Source of the DNA: Haliotis cracherodii
Lineage: Eukaryota
Assembly: GCF_022045235.1 (NCBI RefSeq)
Contig: NW_027266267.1
Span: forward strand, 25,606,001 to 25,670,000
Direction: 5' to 3'
DNA: 64,000 nt
Below are positions 61,556-64,000 of this stretch, piece by piece. A model generated the notes under the pieces. The model saw only the letters and a list, made by a program, of their open reading frames with translations, ran no database searches and was not told the DNA's origin. Position numbers and translations under genes: made by a program. The number at the start of each line of letters is the position of its first letter. Positions within the stretch are counted from its first letter, which is position 1.

Positions 61556-62546
61556 TCCAAAGTAACGTTATCTAGCGTTTGCTATTTTTTTTGCAAAAAT
61601 CATATGTTCAAATTCATATTTTCTTTTGCCCGGTAGTTTAGACAGTTTAAAAGTATCAACACAGTTGAAACGCAAAACTGACAGTTGTTGAAGAAAGAAA
61701 AAAAAGAAAAGAAGAAAAATCAAATAATACTATGAATATATAACTTACCTAATTATAAGTTCAACGCTAAATATATATCTACAGACTCACGTAAGAAAAA
61801 ATGTAAGCCAAAGGTTTTGAAACAAGCTATACCATGTTAACTACTGGCCTTGTCTTCTATTCTGCATTCATACTATTGGCATCCTCTTCCAATCCTCGGA
61901 TGTTGTGTCAATCTTACTTTGACGGACAGACTCGATGTTATCCGACGGACTGCTGCAGATGTTTGCCGAGAGAATTAGAAACATGGCACTTGATCGTCAA
62001 CAATAGATGCTATCTGTGCGTCTACAGACCTAATTATGTCAGGTGAGGGAACAGCTGGTCTTTTGGAGTATGTGAGTCTCGGATCGTTCGATCATTATCG
62101 GTACGGGGAGATTCATTGCTGAAATGGAAGGGTCTTTCCCTTAAGAAAGATTTGAAATAAATATTTTATGAAATACATATTAACAACTGTTTAGTCATAA
62201 TGACGTTATTGCTAATTTAGCTAGATTTGACAGTACATTAAGGCAAAATATATATTATTTCGTAAAAAGTTCCGATTTAAATTCAATTCTAAATGGTAAT
62301 TCACATTTAACGGCAGTAACAAATCTTGAAATTTTGAAATCAGTGCACAGTTTTATTCTATCTTCTTGCCGATTTAGAGATTTTGTCTGAGATGTTGGCT
62401 TTGCAATATGATACTGTGATGTTGTTGCGCTGGATGTAAATAATAACGCAGCTGTAGTAACGAAAGATAATCCAGTAATTAAACACTTACAGAACAATAC
62501 TTATCTTTTATGTCATACATACATATATATATGTTCTTCTTTGCCA

Positions 62547-62814
62547 GTCGTCTAAGGCGCCTCGATTCGCTGTGCAGAGTTGCGTCCCTTGGGCACGCCA
62601 GAAACCTATGATTGGGTTCGAATCCCGGTTCGCCACAATTATGTTTCTAGGTTTGTCAGCACCATACCCGTGCTCGTGGGTTTCACCGAAGTGGTAATCG
62701 TCTGAGACCTGCATCACTTCGGGCTTTCCTCCCACATTAAGCTGACACGCCGAGATATAACTGGAATACTGTTAAAAGCGGCGTTAAACCCAACTCACTC
62801 ACTCACTCACTCAC
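62547..62814 (+). mobile_element. SINE family C
   Basis: TSD tcttctttgcca. Confidence 0.9.
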
Positions 62815-62841
62815 TCTTCTTTGCCAATCCCTCCACTTTAT

Positions 62842-63079
62842 GGTTGTTGTTGGTTTGTTGTTTAACGCCACACTCAGCAATGTTCCAGCTATATGACGGG
62901 GGTATGTAAATAATCGAGTCTGGACCAGACTATCCAGTGATTGACATCATGAGCAAAGCATCCACGCAATTGGGATTGATGAGATGCATCAACCAAGTCA
63001 GCGAGCCTGACCACCCGATCCCGTTAGTCGCCTTTTACGACAAGCTGAAGGTTGCTGAAGACCTATTCTACCCCGGAAT
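62842..63079 (-). mobile_element. SINE-like family B, slightly 5'-truncated
   Basis: Reverse complement of the B consensus. Confidence 0.8.
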
Positions 63080-63525
63080 TAAAAGACACGAGGGTGAGAT
63101 CTTTTTATCATCCATAATCATTTTTCCAACTTTTTCAGTTTGTAGACAGTAAGAAGCAGTGTCTTAAGTGTAACATGTACTGCTAACAGTAACCAATCAC
63201 GTCACAATGGTCTACAAAGCATTGTGATGCAATTTCATTGCAGCGATATCTGCAGTGTAGATATCGCTTGATCTCACCCAAGCGATATCTCCTGTGGAAT
63301 CCAGTTTTGGATGATAAATCAAGTTAAAATATGTAACTAGTTACATGCCTGTGCACCACAGTGACTTCTTTTGGCCAAGCCCCTTCAGCTCGAGGCCACA
63401 GTGATTAGGCTAATCTGTGCACCGCGAGATAAGAAAACATAAATAGTATAGATACAAGAGCGCATACCAGAACAGTGTGTGTGTGTGATTCTTGGACACC
63501 GAAGGGACTACACGCAGCTGGGAAC

Positions 63526-63765
63526 ATGCGTGCCGCCCACATCGTGACTTGGCTGTTCTTCTGTCTGCCGTTCTTGCAATGCGACGAGACTATCACCATC
63601 TTTCCCGAGTTGCTGAAGATTGGAGATGGCGTTAACTTTGACCATGGACGCTGGAACGGCAAGAACGTCCTTGACAATACCCCTGATATTGCACGTGTCA
63701 AACAAATAGGAGCAACGACGGCCAGATGGGTGAAAGCCGAGGGTTCGGGCGGTGTCTTTGAGCAC
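63526..63765 (+). CDS. Probable first coding exon (80 codons) of a secreted protein of unknown family
   Basis: aacATG; signal-peptide-like MRAAHIVTWLFFCLPFLQC; phase-0 donor cac|gtaagg at 63765/63766. Confidence 0.6.
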
Positions 63766-64000
63766 GTAAGGTCTATAGAAACTGTTTAACATTTTGATTA
63801 CCAGTATTTACCAATTGGAAAATAACAGTGAAACCCCACATGCTTACGATAGAGTCGAAATCGTCAATTGATTTCTGATGAAAATGGAAAGGGTTTTATT
63901 TCTTCTATTTACTTAACAGGGTTATAACGTTTCGTTTATCTGTCCAGGCAACGGAAAACCCCCACAGGAAGGGATATCCCGACCCTGCATACTTCGATTC

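Overview
Eukaryotic (animal) genomic DNA. It is probably a gastropod mollusc such as abalone; this is inferred from my recollection of the SINE families, not from a search. No rRNA, true tRNA, CRISPR or bacterial operons were found. Genes: (1) a minus-strand ORF running off the left edge (ATG 916), missed by the ORF track; (2) a beta-1,3-galactosyltransferase-like GT31 gene with an uninterrupted CDS (8495-9658, +); (3) a minus-strand cluster of C2H2 zinc-finger loci, with two intact paralogues (31348-34686, about 20 fingers; 43699-46818, 14 fingers) and a third locus whose finger region has decayed while a 547-aa acidic ORF stays open; (4) the first coding exon of a secreted protein at the right edge. 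The rest is dense in repeats: four SINE-like families (here A-D, many with exact TSDs), a dead Tc1, mariner/Gypsy/RTE/L2/R4-Dong fragments, MITEs and several minisatellites. Most interesting: family B has no tRNA head but a precise 5' end that folds into a pseudoknotted three-way junction (candidate ribozyme or structured RNA); all four families share one covarying 3' stem-loop; the zinc-finger paralogues diverge mainly at base-contacting residues; and both intact zinc-finger genes carry a 3' minisatellite built from their own last finger.
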